A stretch of DNA of 64,000 nucleotides from Pelagomonas calceolata (lineage: Eukaryota): assembly GCA_918797485.1 (NCBI GenBank), contig CAKKNE010000002.1, positions 2,790,001 to 2,854,000 on the forward strand. Reading direction: 5' to 3'. The position numbers and the translations under genes are program-made. The notes below the pieces were generated by a model that saw only the letters and a program-made list of their open reading frames with translations, was not told the origin of the DNA and searched no databases. This document shows positions 63,127 through 64,000 of the stretch, piece by piece (position 1 is the stretch's first letter; each line of letters starts with the position of its first letter).

Positions 63127-64000
63127 TCAGCCCGGCGCGGCCGGCACCTCGGCGGGCGCCGACGAGTGCTGCTTGATCTTGTCGAGGAGCCGCGCGCGCG
63201 CGTCCTGCTGGTAGGCGCCGTTGACGCCCGGGAGGAGCGTGGACCGGCGCTGCTCCATGGCCGTGCGCAGCGACGCCTCGCTGAAGATCGTGAGCTCGGC
63301 CTCGGCCTCGTCGGGGTCGACGGCCTCGCCCTTGACCTGCCTCTCGTACTTCTCCTTGTTCTTGCGGAGGAAGACCAAGCACTCCTCGACGGCGCGGCAG
63401 TCGACCTCCGCATCTAACACGGCGCAGCGCCGCATGATCGCCACGTACGACTCGTAGAGAGGCGCGACGACGAACTGGATGAACCCGCACGTCGACCGCG
63501 AGATCACGTTCTTGTCCCGATCGAGTAAGGGCGCGACGGGGCGGCCCCGTTCTCTATCTAAATCGCCCTCGTGGTAGAACTCGGCGTACACGGCGTCGTT
63601 CCACTTGCGGGCCACGCGCCACGGCCGCGCTTGGTTCGAAATGTCCGCGCACTTCAGCGCGATCTGCAGCACCAAATCGATACCCTCCGGCGTCTGCAGC
63701 GGGTGCCACGCCGGCTCCGCGAGCTTCTGCTTGATCCTTTCCATCAGCGCGCCGTGCCGCGCCATGTCCGTCGCGAGGACCATGCCCCGCACCACCTCCC
63801 AAAACCGCGCCGCGTCTTTCACGTCCATCCCATCAAAAAGGCGGTGCTTCTCCGCGAGCTTCTCGAAGACGGCCAGGTGATGGTTTTCCAGCGGCGACTG
63901 GCGGTCGTAGCGCTGGCTTAACTCGGAATTCTCGTTGTTCTGGAACGTGTTCGACAGGCCCGGATGATCTAAATCGTGGCACATGGCCGCGACCAACGCC
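63127..64000 (-). CDS. Cyclic-nucleotide phosphodiesterase catalytic domain (5' part outside the window)
   Basis: HDLDHPG, SPLENHH, LATDM, LKCADISN and EFYHEGD. Confidence 0.93.
   Translation of the reverse strand, partial: ALVAAMCHDLDHPGLSNTFQNNENSELSQRYDRQSPLENHHLAVFEKLAEKHRLFDGMDVKDAARFWEVVRGMVLATDMARHGALMERIKQKLAEPAWHPLQTPEGIDLVLQIALKCADISNQARPWRVARKWNDAVYAEFYHEGDLDRERGRPVAPLLDRDKNVISRSTCGFIQFVVAPLYESYVAIMRRCAVLDAEVDCRAVEECLVFLRKNKEKYERQVKGEAVDPDEAEAELTIFSEASLRTAMEQRRSTLLPGVNGAYQQDARARLLDKIKQHSSAPAEVPAAPG

Overview
Gene-dense, very GC-rich eukaryotic nuclear DNA with mostly intronless genes, short GT-AG introns and several signal+transit (bipartite) plastid-targeting leaders. This is consistent with a photosynthetic stramenopile such as a pelagophyte (inference). 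About 35 protein genes are present, including CTP synthase, plastid uL29 and bL17, a 4587-aa HECT E3 ligase, alpha-tubulin, KRR1, RPS7, ARS2/SERRATE, a PP2A-A-like HEAT protein and a partial PDE. The main signal is hidden selenium biology that the ORF track misses. (i) An SLC35A-type nucleotide-sugar transporter ends TGC-TGA-GGC-TAG (Cys-Sec-Gly-stop) and is followed by a SECIS-like hairpin, making it a candidate new selenoprotein. (ii) A DsbA/FrnE protein has TGA at its catalytic Cys position and a matching SECIS-like hairpin; neither hairpin has the apical AA. (iii) A bacterial-type tRNA 2-selenouridine synthase (SelU/MnmH) is also present. Other notable features are two tRNA genes (Arg-UCG, Ala-UGC) packed sense-strand into the alpha-tubulin intron with no nearby Pol III terminator, a ~0.8 kb repeat found three times between convergent genes, a recurring ~22-nt promoter-region motif, a SUMO-like domain inside the HECT ligase, and a C5-DNA-methyltransferase/RBBP9-hydrolase fusion. 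All calls were made by eye; no searches were run.
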